Assembly: GCF_006345805.1 (NCBI RefSeq) | Contig: NC_043011.1 | Location: 63,004,464-63,068,463 of the forward strand | Length of the DNA stretch: 64,000 nt | From: Octopus sinensis | Lineage: Eukaryota | Direction: 5' to 3' | In this document: one piece after another, positions 27,301-41,970 of the stretch | Numbering within the stretch: the first letter of the stretch is position 1 | Layout: the number at the start of each line of letters is the position of its first letter | Program-made: the position numbers and the translations under genes | Notes under the pieces: generated by a model | What the model saw: the letters and a program-made list of their open reading frames with translations, nothing else | What the model was told of the DNA's origin: nothing | Database searches by the model: none

Positions 27301-30300
27301 TATTCATTCTCATGTAATTTGTCTTTGTCTTTAACATCATTGTATTTGAATAGTTTTCGGCTTCTATTACAGAATGGACGTCTCGAAAATGTAATATACC
27401 GCATATACCGGGTGTTTATCACGAAAACTATGGCTATTAAACCTACCCTGTTTTGAGACATCTCATGTTCATACAATATAACTACCGATGAGAACTGAAG
27501 TTCTAAACTGCATTCTCATGGCAAAATAAATGTCGATAAAAATTTCCCCGTATCATCTAAAACAATACTTTATAGAAACTGACATCTATGACTATTTCTG
27601 AATAAATAATCTAGGGAAAGAATATAATGGAAGTATGTGAAATGAAACTGCAGTATTAAAAAATAGATTCATGATTGAAATACATTATATAGAAACACTT
27701 CAAAATGTAATAACCTGATAATTTCTTCATTTACAGTCGTCTCCACATGTTCCGCTCCTGCATGCAACCTAAAGATGCAGCCTGCCATAAATACTTCGAT
27801 GATATTATCGAAATGGAATGTAGCGGTAAGATCTTTATTTAATAACGCCATTGGTTCTTTACTTTCATACATCGATTTCTGCTGATGTCTGATTTGTCTT
27901 CCGATAAAATAAACAGCAGTATTCGACGTGATCGAATACAGTCCCCCAACACGAATTATATTGCGTTGAGCAAATATATGAAGCCCTTGCAGCGATGGCC
28001 TAGCAAATTCGTTAGGGCGTCCAACAAATTGCTAACGCCATTTCTCTCGGTTCTTCATTTTCTTATTAAAAACCGGAATTAAGTCAACATTGCCTTTCAT
28101 CCTAACATAAAGTACCAGCATAGGATTTATTCACTTTCGTTTTTACAAGGTGTGTAAAATAAAATACCATCCGAGCACTCGACTCAGTGTACTAAAATTA
28201 TCCTAAGATTGGATTAGTTTATTACGTGACCCGCAATCAAAGCTAGCAGAACATCGAGGATGTAACCTGGAGACTGAACTTTCTGTGCCAGCATGTTTCT
28301 ACTCATCATTTTCAGCTATGCAGTTTGAATCAACAGTAAATTCAGTACCTTGATCAATAGGAAAACTTAGCATCTCTTTTGAAACTGAACTTATCATATT
28401 CTCTCGACATTACGGACGTTAACCCTCAACACTGTAACCATTGAACCATGTGCGATAATTAGTATTAACACAGATGAATGATTTAAAGAAACGCTGCTTC
28501 CTGAGATCTTAATATTTGATTGTGTGGACAGCGCATCATTTTTGTCTGATCTCCTATATTACGTGTGGCCTCATTCAGTGTCCTATGGCATCCGGGTAGA
28601 TTATCTACTATTAAATGTCCAATGGAAACGATAATGATATATTACAACAATAAATCTCCAATGAAATACTGTTGACATAAAGAAATATTTCTTCCTGTAA
28701 TATTCAAAAGACTATTTTTGAAAACTGTCCGATACGCTTAGAGAATTAACAAAACAAACTATCTTACTATCTTAGAGTAGAGGTGACGCTCTCTGCAAGT
28801 CTCCATAAATAACCTCTTAGAGATGCGAAAACTTTAACTCCAAACACATGTGTCTTACCTGTTTTGGGATTCTGATGACATCATTATGCACTTGTAATGG
28901 CGTCTTGTTTTATTTCGATCACTTTCTTTTGTAAAAAAGCAAATATTCTTCTTCCTCACTGTCTATTGATGGGTTATACAGCATATCATATCATATATAT
29001 ATATATGCGCCCGAAATCATATTGTGTATTCTCTCTACCACAGCGATGTATCACTTGTGTGATTGCCAAACTATTACTAAGTTTCGATTTGTCAGAGACA
29101 TAAAGCACATACTTAAACACACATAAGCACACACACACGTTTATTGTTTATTGTGTTTATTGTTGCGTATGTTCTCTGTCAGTGTCTGGGAAGACAAATT
29201 CTTTCTATTCAAACATTAGATTAACACCATCTTTCTTAAAATTGCCTTTTTGTGTTGCCCTTTTCATTGATCATTTTTGTATTGGATACACATGTACACA
29301 TAAGCAAGCACACACACACACCACACACACACACTCACACACATACAAACCCACACACACTTACACAAACAAACACACATACACAGATATATACATATAC
29401 ATACCTATGTATGCATGTATGTATGATTGTAATGTCTACAAAAACAAAACACAGTTCTCTCTACACCACGCAACAAATCATTCTGCCTGACTAATATATA
29501 AATTCTCTGCGGGAAAGTGCCAACGTCGTTTATATTTACAGTTCTGCTGTTTTTACTTTCATTGTTACTTCTTTACCACGTTCAAGTTATGTATTTATGC
29601 AACAACACAAATAATAAGTTTATTTATATTCTTTAGCCATTATTGCATAATTTGCATTTTATAGTCTCTAAATCAGTTTTCGATTTTGTATTTGATTCAT
29701 TTTACAATTACCAAACAAATGACAGAATAATGGTCATACTAATGATATGATTTCCTCAATAGTAATTGACTACGCATGTCGTATCCTATTTATTCGTAAA
29801 CGATATTGCAATTTATATTATTATCCAGTAATCGATTATAAGACACGACCCTCATTTTCATAATTTCCTCATTATTTCCATTCACCAGAGACGGAGTAAT
29901 TAGAAAAATATCTTGTGTATTAACGTTCAAATTATTCTTTTATTACCTCATTATAATATTCTATTGATTGCTTCCTTTTAATCTGGTATGCTAATAATTA
30001 TCGACCTAACTTATCTCGAACGTTCTAATTATAATACTATTGCCTTAAGGCAGCGCGTTAGCAGAATCTTTTGCAATCCGGGCCAAGTGCTTAGCGGAAT
30101 TTTATCCCTCTTTACGTTATAAGTTCAAAGGAAACCGAAATCCACATTGACTTCCGTGTTTCCTGGGCCGACAAAATAATACCGGTCGAACACTGGGAAC
30201 GATGAAATCGATTTACCACCGCTACAAAAACTGTTGTGAACATGCCTAAATCTGAAACCACCATTATTGCGTTAAGGCGGTGAACTGGGATGATCTTTAG

Positions 30301-31236
30301 CACCGAAGAAAATGCTTAGAGTCATTTCATCCGTCTTTACGTTCGGAGTTCAAATTCCACCTAGGTCGAATACGCGTTGCATCTTTGCAGTAAAGTAAAT
30401 ACCAGCTCAACGTTGGTGTCGATGTGATAGAATTACGCTCTCCTGCGAAATTGTTGACCTCGTACCAACATTTCAAACGGATATTATTGAGTTTGATAAG
30501 ACGATGAGCTGATGGAATCTCCAGCAGCCCGGACAAAATGCTTAGCGGCATCTCATCGGTATTCACGTTCTAACTTCAAATTCTACCGAAGTCAACTTGC
30601 CTTTTTTTAGTGAGGTTGGGGGGAGGGTCGAAAAAATAAAAATAAATTAAACACTGGAACTTTGAAATCAAAATAATTGCGTTTAATTTTTTGCTTTCTA
30701 ATTTTGAGCATTTATTCACAAGAATTATGCTAATTTTATTGTGTTAAATTATTACACTTTTTGTTGTCTATTGTTCCTACGTTTCAGTCTGTACTGAAGT
30801 AGAATCGCTTTAGCATCGAAAGGAGAGTACGTTGCGAAAGTTGATCCTGTTGGCCTTGTAGCTACATCGGAATCTATTACGTTCCTAAATCTTAATCTCT
30901 TAAGCTGTTATATGACTATTAATATTACATTTTTGTATTCTATGTGTTATTCACTAGAGTGAGGCCATGTTGGGGCACCATCTTGAAACATCTTAGTCGA
31001 ACGTGTCATTCCCAGCACAGTTTTATTTTATTTTTAAGGCTGTTACTTCTATCAGTCTCTTTCGCCGAAATGCTAAGATATAGGGACGAAACTCACCAAC
31101 ACCGGTTCTAATTGATTAGAGAATGTCTTAATCACACAAGAATATTTGCCACGATTGGTAAATTGTTTTTAATGTTTGTAACTTAAAATTTCATTATGTT
31201 TTCCTTTCTTTCATTTCAGTTGCTGACTACTACTAA
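24095..31236 (+). CDS. Gene A: small secreted Cys-rich protein, join(24095..24131,26430..26529,27737..27825,31220..31236), 80 aa: MKFVVFLCLLIVGSALSHQCTDKAKKICLDAMSTYPNVNTKIQTCRRLHMFRSCMQPKDAACHKYFDDIIEMECSVADYY*
   Basis: Spliced by hand. All introns are GT-AG with compatible phases (1,2,1). Hydrophobic N-terminus ending in ALS resembles a signal peptide. Six mature Cys align with both domains of gene B. TATA box upstream; candidate terminal exon with AATAAA downstream. Confidence 0.88.
26430..26529 (+). CDS. Gene A exon 2 (domain half A: ...HQCTDKAKKICLDAMSTYPNVNTKIQTC)
   Basis: tttaag| acceptor, CG|GTAAGT donor, 100 nt, phase 1 to 2. Homologous to 49190-49292 and 54922-55024. Confidence 0.9.
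27737..27825 (+). CDS. Gene A exon 3 (domain half B: RLHMFRSCMQPKDAACHKYFDDIIEMECS)
   Basis: tttcttcatttacag| acceptor, G|GTAAGA donor, 89 nt. Same size as 53889-53977 and 57646-57734. Confidence 0.9.
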
Positions 31237-31255
31237 ATATCTCCTATGGAAATAA
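31220..31255 (+). CDS. Gene A exon 4 (VADYY*, stop ends 31236, then 19 nt of UTR)
   Basis: Strong pyrimidine tract ttcctttctttcatttcag|, donor |GTAAGT. Parallels gene B exon 60039-60079. Confidence 0.7.
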   Translation: MLTTTKYLLWK

Positions 31256-32301
31256 GTAAGTGCAACCATTGTACCACTATGACGTCATAAACAGTAGTTT
31301 GGGGATAATTTTTAGAAGTGATATTCGTCCGTCTGCTGTCAATTCTGAGGTCACAGTCAGCCGAGGTCGACTTTGACTTTCATCCTTTCAGGGTCCATGA
31401 AACATGTATCGTTAAAGAACTGACGTCGATCTAATCGAATAGCTTCCCATCAAAACTTCAGGCATTTTGACTCAAGTAGAAAAGATATATTTTCTCTATC
31501 ATCTCCCGTGTTAATTATGGATACAATTGACAGGCGGCGAGCTGGCAGAACCGTTAGCATGCCGGATGAAATGCTTAGCAGTATTTCGTCTGTCTTTAGA
31601 TTCTGAGCTCAAATTCCGCCGAAGTCGGCTTTGCTTATCCTCGTTTCGGGATCGATAAATTAAGTACCACTTGCGAACTGGGGTCGATCTCATCAACTGG
31701 CCCCCTCCCCAAAAATTTAGAGCCTTGTGCCGAGATTAGAAAAGAATTATTGCTACAATTTAGTATGAATTTTATTATAGAATTGAAACATATTTGCAAG
31801 AACGATATTAGTCACTATATAACATACAAAATAAAAGTCTGCAAAATGGTTATAGCAAAATGATATACTATATCAGAAAATAATATAGTAAATTTGCTAA
31901 GATATAATTTTAATGATAACAGAATATTACTACTTAAAAAAGGGTGGAATTTAAGAGGGCATTCATTAGCAATTCATTATCTCAGCGATATTACAATAAT
32001 ACGGGAATATATATAATATAGCAATATAGGAGTAGGTTTATACGATAATGATATCCCAGGTTAATTTGAAGCCTAATATGACGAAGCTCTAAACCAACAA
32101 AAATGGAATTTATAAAGAATCTAGAAATATACAGAAATATTTTATGAATATTATTGCAAATATTGACTTGAACCTATCGGTCTTTCGGTGTGGCGAAATC
32201 AAATATCAGATTTAGTTCCAATAACACACACACACATTTATACTCATATATCTACATATACATACATATCTATCTGTCTATCTATCTACCTACCTACCTA
32301 C

Positions 32302-32394
<93 letters not shown>

Positions 32395-32479
32395 ATCTGT
32401 CTGTCTCTCTATAAATACATACATATATACATACATGCATATATATACTCAATTAATATTATTGTCTTGTATTTTTCAG

Positions 32480-32560
32480 GTCTACCTTCAAAGTTTTGGA
32501 AATGGAAATTAATATAATGTAATCGGAAAATGAAATAAAAAGATATTTTTTATGTCAAGC
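32480..32560 (+). other. Gene A putative terminal 3'-UTR exon with poly(A) signal AATAAA at 32534-32539 (3' end approximate)
   Basis: ttgtatttttcag| acceptor. The context GAAATAAAAAGAT resembles gene B's GAAATAAAAAAGAT. Confidence 0.55.
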
Positions 32561-33092
32561 TGCGATTTATGTTTTCTCTTTGGTTTTCTTTTCCAATCAA
32601 GTAACTTCAAAGCCCAACATGGTTTCACCTCTGATAAGTGACGACGTCCGCTGCATTATTAAGTGATAACTTGTCAGTTATATCTAGTTGTCGTATGCAT
32701 ACACATATACGTACGAACACGTACACGCACTCATGCAGTGCAGGTGAGCATTAACACACACTCACACACGTACTTCTAAATACATAAAAGAAATTCTATA
32801 TAGATATGTCTATTAATATATCTATGTATAATACATATATATATATTATATAGATATATATATATATATATATATATATGAATAAATAAAAGAATGGAGT
32901 CGAACGAAGATGTTAGCAAAATTCCTTTACTCTCGTTTGACTCCATTCTTTTATTTATTCATATGTAACACAAAGTTCTACCCTTGGACAGGTCGCTTCA
33001 ATCGTGTTTCTGACGTGAATTTGCTACCCTGGTATCGGTTCATCGAATTTTCCATGCAAACGGCAAACATAGGATAAATCATTCACCTATCG

Positions 33093-33127
<35 letters not shown>

Positions 33128-33262
33128 TATATAACGGGAAGTTTTATGAAAATAGACAAAAGACGAAGGCAGGTTTACGGAAATAAACAAAAGACGAAGG
33201 CAGGTGCAATACAAACAAACAATTGTATTAGTATGGAGCTCAGGAAATATAAATAAAACAAG

Positions 33263-33300
33263 TCTTTAACGTTTCGAGCCTACGCTCTTCAACAGAAAGA
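33263..33300 (-). ncRNA. Minimal hammerhead-like motif with CUGUUGA core variant (second copy 6798-6836 on +)
   Basis: TCTTT-CTGTTGA-A-GAGCgtagGCTC-GAAA-CG-TT-AAAGA, inside a repeat shared by about 6730-6940 (+) and 33130-33360 (-). Confidence 0.45.
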
Positions 33301-33396
33301 TACACAGAGAAGAAACAGAGAAAGAAAGAGAGGAAAAATGCATGCAGAGGCTAGCGAATCAACATATATATATATATATTATCTATATATACATAC

Positions 33397-33458
<62 letters not shown>

Positions 33459-33500
33459 ATACAGAGATACATTGAGCATGAGAGAAAGAATAATACATAT

Positions 33501-33535
<35 letters not shown>

Positions 33536-34040
33536 TAGATAGGTAAGTAGATAGGTATAAGCGCAAGCGTGGTTTTCCTGCACGACAAGTGGTATTGAGT
33601 TGAGTTCAGTCCCACTGTGTTTCGTCTCGGACAGCTATTTAATTAAATTTTTTGTGAGTAAATTTCGTACACGAATTCTTAATGAACACCACCGTATGGA
33701 CGCTTATGTTTATTTCTGTGCGTGTTTGTGTTGGTGACTGAAGTTCTAAACCTCTTTCCAAACAGGGTGCTAGCGTGTTCACATCGCCTAATATGGCGTT
33801 TCGGCAAAAGAAACGCGTATATTAATTACCAAGCGTACAATAAAAGAAAATGAATATGAAAACCCTTTTGTGCGACTAAGCAAGTCAATGCATAACCACA
33901 TTCCAAGGACTGAATTAGCTAAAGGTTGTGTTATATGAATTTAAAGATACATACAGACGTGATATATACATTTTAAAATTTATTTTTAGTTTCTGCTCAG
34001 AGCTGCGGCAATGCTGATGCACCGCCGTTATTTATGTATA

Positions 34041-34142
<102 letters not shown>

Positions 34143-34412
34143 ATATAAGTAGTTGAATACATTTTCTTATTAAGGATAATTCGAAAGATAACCGATACCT
34201 GGGTAGCAAATTCACATCAGAAAGAACATGGTTGAAGCTACATTCTTAGGGCATAGACTACGTGTCTTCGTGCGGAAATTTGTATGTTTATTTCAAAATT
34301 ATAAGTATATGAAAGAATCAAAAGTAAAGAGACACTCATTATCGCCCTTGGCTCCTTGAGAGCGGTCAGCTAAATGTTTTTTGTGCATTTTGATGTCGAC
34401 ATAACTTCCTTG

Positions 34413-34497
34413 ATTTTCCTGATGAGAAATCTGCATAATGTACTCCTTATTCCTTAGGAATTAGGAATATGCAGCCTTCGAAACATATGTCGAAAAT
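34413..34497 (+). ncRNA. Type I hammerhead ribozyme motif with intact core and minimal palindromic stem III
   Basis: Stem I ATTTTC/GAAAAT; CTGATGA 34419-34425; stem II GAA..CTGCATA/TATGCAG..TTC; GAAA 34480-34483; stem III ACATATGT; GUC triplet ending 34491. Confidence 0.8.
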
Positions 34498-34542
34498 AAA
34501 GGATATTTGTTAACTAGTCGTTCAACTCCATTCTTTCATATA

Positions 34543-34606
<64 letters not shown>

Positions 34607-34640
34607 CATATATACATATACATGCATATTTATAAATATA

Positions 34641-34691
<51 letters not shown>

Positions 34692-35329
34692 TTGTGTATG
34701 TGTGTGTAATACACATTAAATACAGGACATTATCAAGGAGAGATAAATACAAGAAATCTATGTAGAGGATAAAATGGTAGAAACTACACTGTGAGTACAG
34801 GACATCAACAACGTGTGGAAAATATGTTAAAATAAAACGAGAGCGAAGTGCAGGTGAAAATGCTTCAAGAAGTCGAACTCTTGCACAGTGTCGAATGTTT
34901 ATTTCTTCTCATTTCCTGCCTTCAAAGACAGGATAGGGAAACTTCATAAGACAGCTGTATCCAGAATTTTACAAAATATAAAATTTCTAGAGATTTAGGG
35001 TTTCGAACGAAAAGCAACAACAGAGTTGAATACGAAACTGAGGGCCGTTTGGCCAAGATGAGTTGTAATGGTTAACGCCTGGGAGAAACTCTGAAAGAAA
35101 ATAGAATAAATAGAATAGAAATAAATGTCGAGGACGAGAGAAATGACGTCTAATTAGGTAGAGATCTGGTCCAGAAAAGAGAGAGGTGAGAGAAAAATGG
35201 TCTGTAGTCACGTGTGACCAACATGCAGAGTGGAATGGGGTCAAGAGAGAGGATAAGAGAAAGAAAGGTGTGAGGAGAAGGAAAAAGGGTGTTCCAGCAA
35301 ACGCTCCCTTGAACAGGGCAACACCCCTT

Positions 35330-36140
35330 CCTCTAAGCACTTGATGTAGGCCTCCATATTGTGTCAGAAGCGGTGAGGGATGATGAACGGAGGCATAACC
35401 TCACCATCACTCATGATTACTCCAAACATCATGATGTTGAATGGGTGTTTGATTTTGATCACTCTCGGTAAATGTTTTTGGGACTCGGCTAGCCAACGGT
35501 TTTTCTTTGTGCTCGCCATCTGATCCTGGCAGGAATTTTCCTCATATGAACAAAACCATAGCATATTCGGTTGGAGGGGCTGGTTGAGTTTGTTCAAAAA
35601 GTACGTAGATCTGTCTATCCTCTTATCCTTGATAGCTTGGTATAAAAGCTGGCCCTTTCTCATCTTGTTTGCGTTATACCGAATGTCTTCATGCATTACC
35701 TGTCTCAAAACACTCAGATACACTCCTGTCCCAGGCGATGGACTTGATTCTTTGGAGGAATCATTGTCAATCTTGGCTTGGATCTCACCAACACATTCAA
35801 GAATCCTTTTCTTACTACAACGATCAGAGTGAGTTTTCCGAACTGCCGTACTTTGTGATTACCATTAGTTCCATCCAACTATTTCCGAATCCTCTGCACA
35901 TCCCTCAAATTGACGCCCAAATAATACTCTAAATTTTCCTATTTGAGATTCCGGAGAGAATGCCAAGCAGTACAGAAATATCGTTTCCAAATCACTGTCA
36001 GAACAAATAGCGACAGTGTGCTATTATTTTCACAGATGGTGACCAACTGACCCTACTATACTGTGTAGTCGACAAAATAAAAAGAAAATGCGTATGCTCG
36101 AAATAAGAAATGTTAAATGGTAACAATTTAACCATATGAC
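35330..36140 (-). mobile_element. maT/DD37D-like (Tc1/mariner superfamily) transposase remnant
   Basis: WFCSYEENSCQDQ...NRWLAES...KHPFNIMMFGVIMSDGEVMPPFI resembles the FSDEK...TKFP..VMVFGVVSSDG.VMPP region. Boundaries approximate. Confidence 0.65.
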
Positions 36141-38259
36141 TTTATATATATATATATATATTATTACAAGGAAAATAGTAAAACAGTCTCTTCTATAGGG
36201 ATGGAAACATCGAATTTTTGCACTGGTTTGGCAGTTTAATACAAAAAAGAATCTCAGAAAAACGTGTTCACAATTCAAATGGTTACATATTCAATGTACA
36301 ATAATGAAAAGAAAATAGAGATTTACGATTGATATATCAATTTATTAACATAATATTATATTATTTTTATAATAAAATATAATATAATACAATAAAATAC
36401 AAATACAAATATTATAATCCTACAATTTTTTCAATTTAGACATAATAATAAATTTATTAAAAAATCATATTTATGTGTAAGAGAGAAATATTTGACAGTA
36501 ATTACACATGACAATATTTAGATCCTAGAACGGAATCAATTAAGTATGTTTTCGTTTGTAAAGCTGGGTGACAATAATCTATATATATAATTATATATTT
36601 GCCCTTGCTATGTCCACATCATTGAACTATACCGTATTTCACTTGTATTCTCGTGTTTGCTCTTACTCTCATTCTTACTCTACCTTGTTTAAAAGGATAA
36701 ACACACCTTAGCTATTCTTAACTGATTCTTATATGTGTTAACCCCACCAACCACGTAGATCATCTGAAGAGGCCTAGAGGCACATTCAATATCCAAGCCT
36801 TGTCTGCTTATCCCTGCATGATACTGAAGAGATGGAGAAAACCTGGAAGATTTCGTTGCCTCTTGGAAGAAACGGCTATAAGGAACTAAGACCTGGACAC
36901 ATTTTTTTTTGCCAATTTGCTCATTTGCTCATTTGCTCGTTTGTTTCTATATATGTATTCACACCCTTGTTACTGCGGTTACCATCTTTTTCCACTCGCT
37001 AATCAGTACCACTCATACATGTGTATGTATTCATCCAACACATTTGAATAAATAGACATACTGGAATGTTTACCGATTAAAATTAAAGAATAAAACAGAT
37101 AAATTCAAAAGTTCGTTGATTATTAATACACCCATATTAAACAATTTCATAACACGATTATTTATTACCTCTGCTAATATGTACGTAAAATATATTAAAA
37201 AAACATAAGTGATCAAAAAGTTATCAAGTTTTTCAGAGGAAAATAACCTAGTGTAAATCAACATTCTTTGATTCTTTTACTTGTTTCAGTCATATAAACT
37301 GCGGCCATGATGGAACTCCACCTTTAGTCGGGCAAATCGACCCCAGGCATATAGGCACCACATCATCGGTTGTCAAAGGATGTTGGGGGAACAAACACAG
37401 CCACACAAATATGTATATATTTATACGACGGGCTTCCTTCAGGTTCTATCAAATCCACTCACAAAGCGTTGGTCACCCCGAGGTTACAGTAGAAGCCACT
37501 TCCCCAAGATTCCAAGCAGTGAGATTGAACCTAGAACTATGTGGTTGGTAAGGAAGCTAATTACCACAAAGTCACACCTGCGCCTATGTTTATAATTTGT
37601 TATGGATTAATACATTCGAAAGAACAGAAGGACAGGAGATCCATAATTTCTCAATAGTAATTTACTAAGTGCGGTAGGGTCAGCGATAATTATTCGTATA
37701 TGTTTAGTTATTTAGAATCTATTTGTAACATATATTATTATGCAACAAGCATCAAACTAATTGTAAAATCTCTCTAAAGGATCAAAGCTGTAGTTGTACT
37801 GACAAGTAATATTCCTAACCAGTTCTCCGTGGCACTCTGTTCGTACGGACTCTACTGCGATTGTTTAACCCCGAGAGGACATCTCCTCTAGCTAGTTAAA
37901 CCATGTTCAGCTGCATCCCAAAGATTGCGAACAGGGTAGAGAATCCTACAACATTACAGCAACGGAAACAGTAGACAGACCTGGTCTCGTGTTACTTCTG
38001 ACACTCTCAAGTACTGGACACCTAGTCTGCTAGAGATGGCAGCAGCTAGCCTCTACTCACTACTCTACTTGCGAAATGACATTCGCTGATTTTGCTACAT
38101 GCAAAAGTGGTATTTCTAAAATAACTCTAAGAGATCAACGCATTAGTTTCACTGGCGAGTAATATTCGTAGGCACGTCAACATCGTCATATGCTCGAAAG
38201 GACTCTACTACGATTTTGTAACCCTAAGAGGACATCTCATTTAGTTAATTAGTTAATTC

Positions 38260-38830
38260 TTTGGCTCAAAAAGCAAAAAGCAAGGCCATGTAGGGGGACA
38301 TGGAGTTATGTACAAGGTGGTGTTCAAGTAAAGAGTTCAGGCCACTTGTGGTCAAGGGAGACTTTGAACCGAGCGATCGTCGGCATCTTCACCATCTCGT
38401 CCGGCAGCTTATTCCACGGATCCGCAACTCGGACGGAGAAAGCTCCTCTCTTTCGATTGAGATGAAATCGTCGCAGATAGAGCTTTTCGGAGTGACCCCG
38501 CAGCCGACGCTCTGGAGCAGGAGTGAAGAACAGCTCTTTCGAGAGGTTACACTTTCCGCTTATGATGTTGTGAGCAAGAATGAGATCACCACGGCGTCGT
38601 CGTTTTTCTACAGAATAAAGGTCGAGCGTATTCAGCCTTTCTTCATAAGACAAATTCTTGAGACCAAGAACCATGCGAGTTGCCAGCTTCTGGACTCATT
38701 CGAGGTGCTGTATGTCTTTGAGGAGATAAAGAGAAGCGGCTTGAATCCCGTACTCCAATATGGGTCTCACCAGCGTGACGTAGAGCGGTAGGAATATGGC
38801 TGCTGTGAGCATTCCGAATGACCGTCGAAC
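38260..38830 (-). mobile_element. CR1-clade LINE 3' end (5'-truncated)
   Basis: ORF 38324-38674 LSYEERL..LDLYSVEKRRRRGDLI...LRGH..KL...FSVRVADPWNKLP is a typical CR1 ORF2 C-terminus. Confidence 0.85.
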
Positions 38831-39021
38831 GGTTAACGGTGCAAAACTACATCTCATAAATTGCGAGCAAGGGAGCGAACCGCTACCAACTTCTTCAGAC
38901 AGTGTCAGTAGACTACTCCTGGTTTCGGGCTATTTCTTGCCACTCTTCTGTCATCTACCAACAGTTATATACTCAAGATAAATACTAGCACCAAGATTCC
39001 GAGTTCAATTCCTGTCAGAGA

Positions 39022-39099
<78 letters not shown>

Positions 39100-39123
39100 T
39101 AATAATAATAATAATAATAAAAC

Positions 39124-40328
<1,205 letters not shown>

Positions 40329-40557
40329 GGGACCTTTTGAGCGGGATGGGCTACTCAACCTGAAGAAAATTCTAACTGGGCCCCACCTGCAAGGTCATGT
40401 GCTGTTTATCATGATATGAGATCACCATGTCGCGCACATATGGTTGTGATGCATGTACCTGGTGTACCTTTATCAGACGGGTAGTCATGATGGGTATATT
40501 GGGCTTTGTATATTTTACCCCAGTGTCACTTTGATGGCATGCACTGCTCTCTCACTC

Positions 40558-40591
<34 letters not shown>

Positions 40592-40983
40592 TAAACAATG
40601 ACATCGAAAAATACCTTAGGAATGAGGTCACCAGAACTTATTCTATGTAAGCCTAGTTCTTAATCAATCGGTCTCTTTGCCGAAACGCTAGGTTACGGGG
40701 ACGTAAACACACCAGCATCGGTTGTAAAGCGATGATGGGTGGGGGACTAACATAGATATGCATACATGCACACATATACATACACACGCACATATATGTA
40801 TGTACGACCGGTTTCTTTCAGCTTCCTTTACCAAATCCACTCACAAGATTTTGGTCGACCCATGGCTATAGCAGAAGACACTTGCCCAAGTTGCCACGCA
40901 ATGGGACTGAACCCGGAACCATGCAGTTGGCAAGCAAGGTACTTACCAAACAGCAACGTCTGCGCCTATGTATTCATACATAC

Positions 40984-41086
<103 letters not shown>

Positions 41087-41689
41087 CCTGTGTCTCAAGT
41101 AAATGAAATCAAATATCACACGGTATTATTACGAGAATCCAGGATCGTCAACACACAAATAGTTTTGAGTAACACTGCGGAGATGCTGGTAGCTGCCCTA
41201 CTTGCAGCAACATCGCTATCAAACAACATAACCAGTACAATCCTATTTACCTTGTTTTCTTTGCGGTTCAAGATTCTGTGGGTATCGCTTGAGCATGCGT
41301 CTCTAACGACATCTAGCGCACCATTTGAACAAACATTATCAGCACATTCTTCCAATGATGCCTCCATCTGCTCGAAAGGCAATAACAAAATAAATCAATG
41401 TCTGTTTTCCCAAATGCCATACGAAAAAAGGCTCTTTTATCATCAATATTTGTAGGTTTCTTGATGCTTCCCCCCTTCTTTTTCCTCATAAACCCATACA
41501 TCTGAACAGAATTACGTTTCGCGCACACAGCATGCATATATTAACATTTAACATGCACACAGATATTCACCATTTGCACAACATTCGCATAGATACTTAG
41601 TAAGCACATTCATCGCTGGCAATACAAATAAGGAGATGTACTTGCATAGCAAGTGACCTGATCTGAGATTGTGTGCTGGAACGAAAACA

Positions 41690-41970
41690 ATTGCAGCGTG
41701 GAAGTTGTTTATAACCATTTAACAAACACACAAAAACCGTTAGATTCACTTCAACATTTAAATTTAATTTTTAAAAATATTTTCGTCGCTTTGAGACCCT
41801 GACCTGTTCAGTGACAAGATTCCGTGCTGCACCACAAAGGTTTGTCAGTGAACAATTCGCGATCTTAAAACGATGAAAATAGTTTCACAAATTAAATTTA
41901 AATGTTGAAGTGAATCTAATGGTTTTTGTGTGTTTCTTAAATGACTTACAAACACCTTCACGCTGCAATA
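41690..41970. mobile_element. Palindromic MITE-like element
   Basis: Long inverted arms: ttgcagcgtg...ttagattcacttcaacatttaaatttaattt vs aaattaaatttaaatgttgaagtgaatctaa...cacgctgcaa. Confidence 0.7.

Noticed and set aside
30788-30815. Alternative last coding exon for gene A (VCTEVESL*)
   Set aside because: It would add an unpaired seventh Cys and lacks the stop-plus-donor architecture shared by 31220-31255 and gene B 60039-60079.
24095-31236. Assignment of the Cys-rich proteins to attractin, CHH/ITP, saposin or Kazal families
   Set aside because: Cys spacing and motifs do not match these families as I recall them. Left unassigned pending HMM and structure searches.
38300-38791. 163-aa + strand ORF
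   Set aside because: Antisense shadow of the CR1-like LINE on the - strand.
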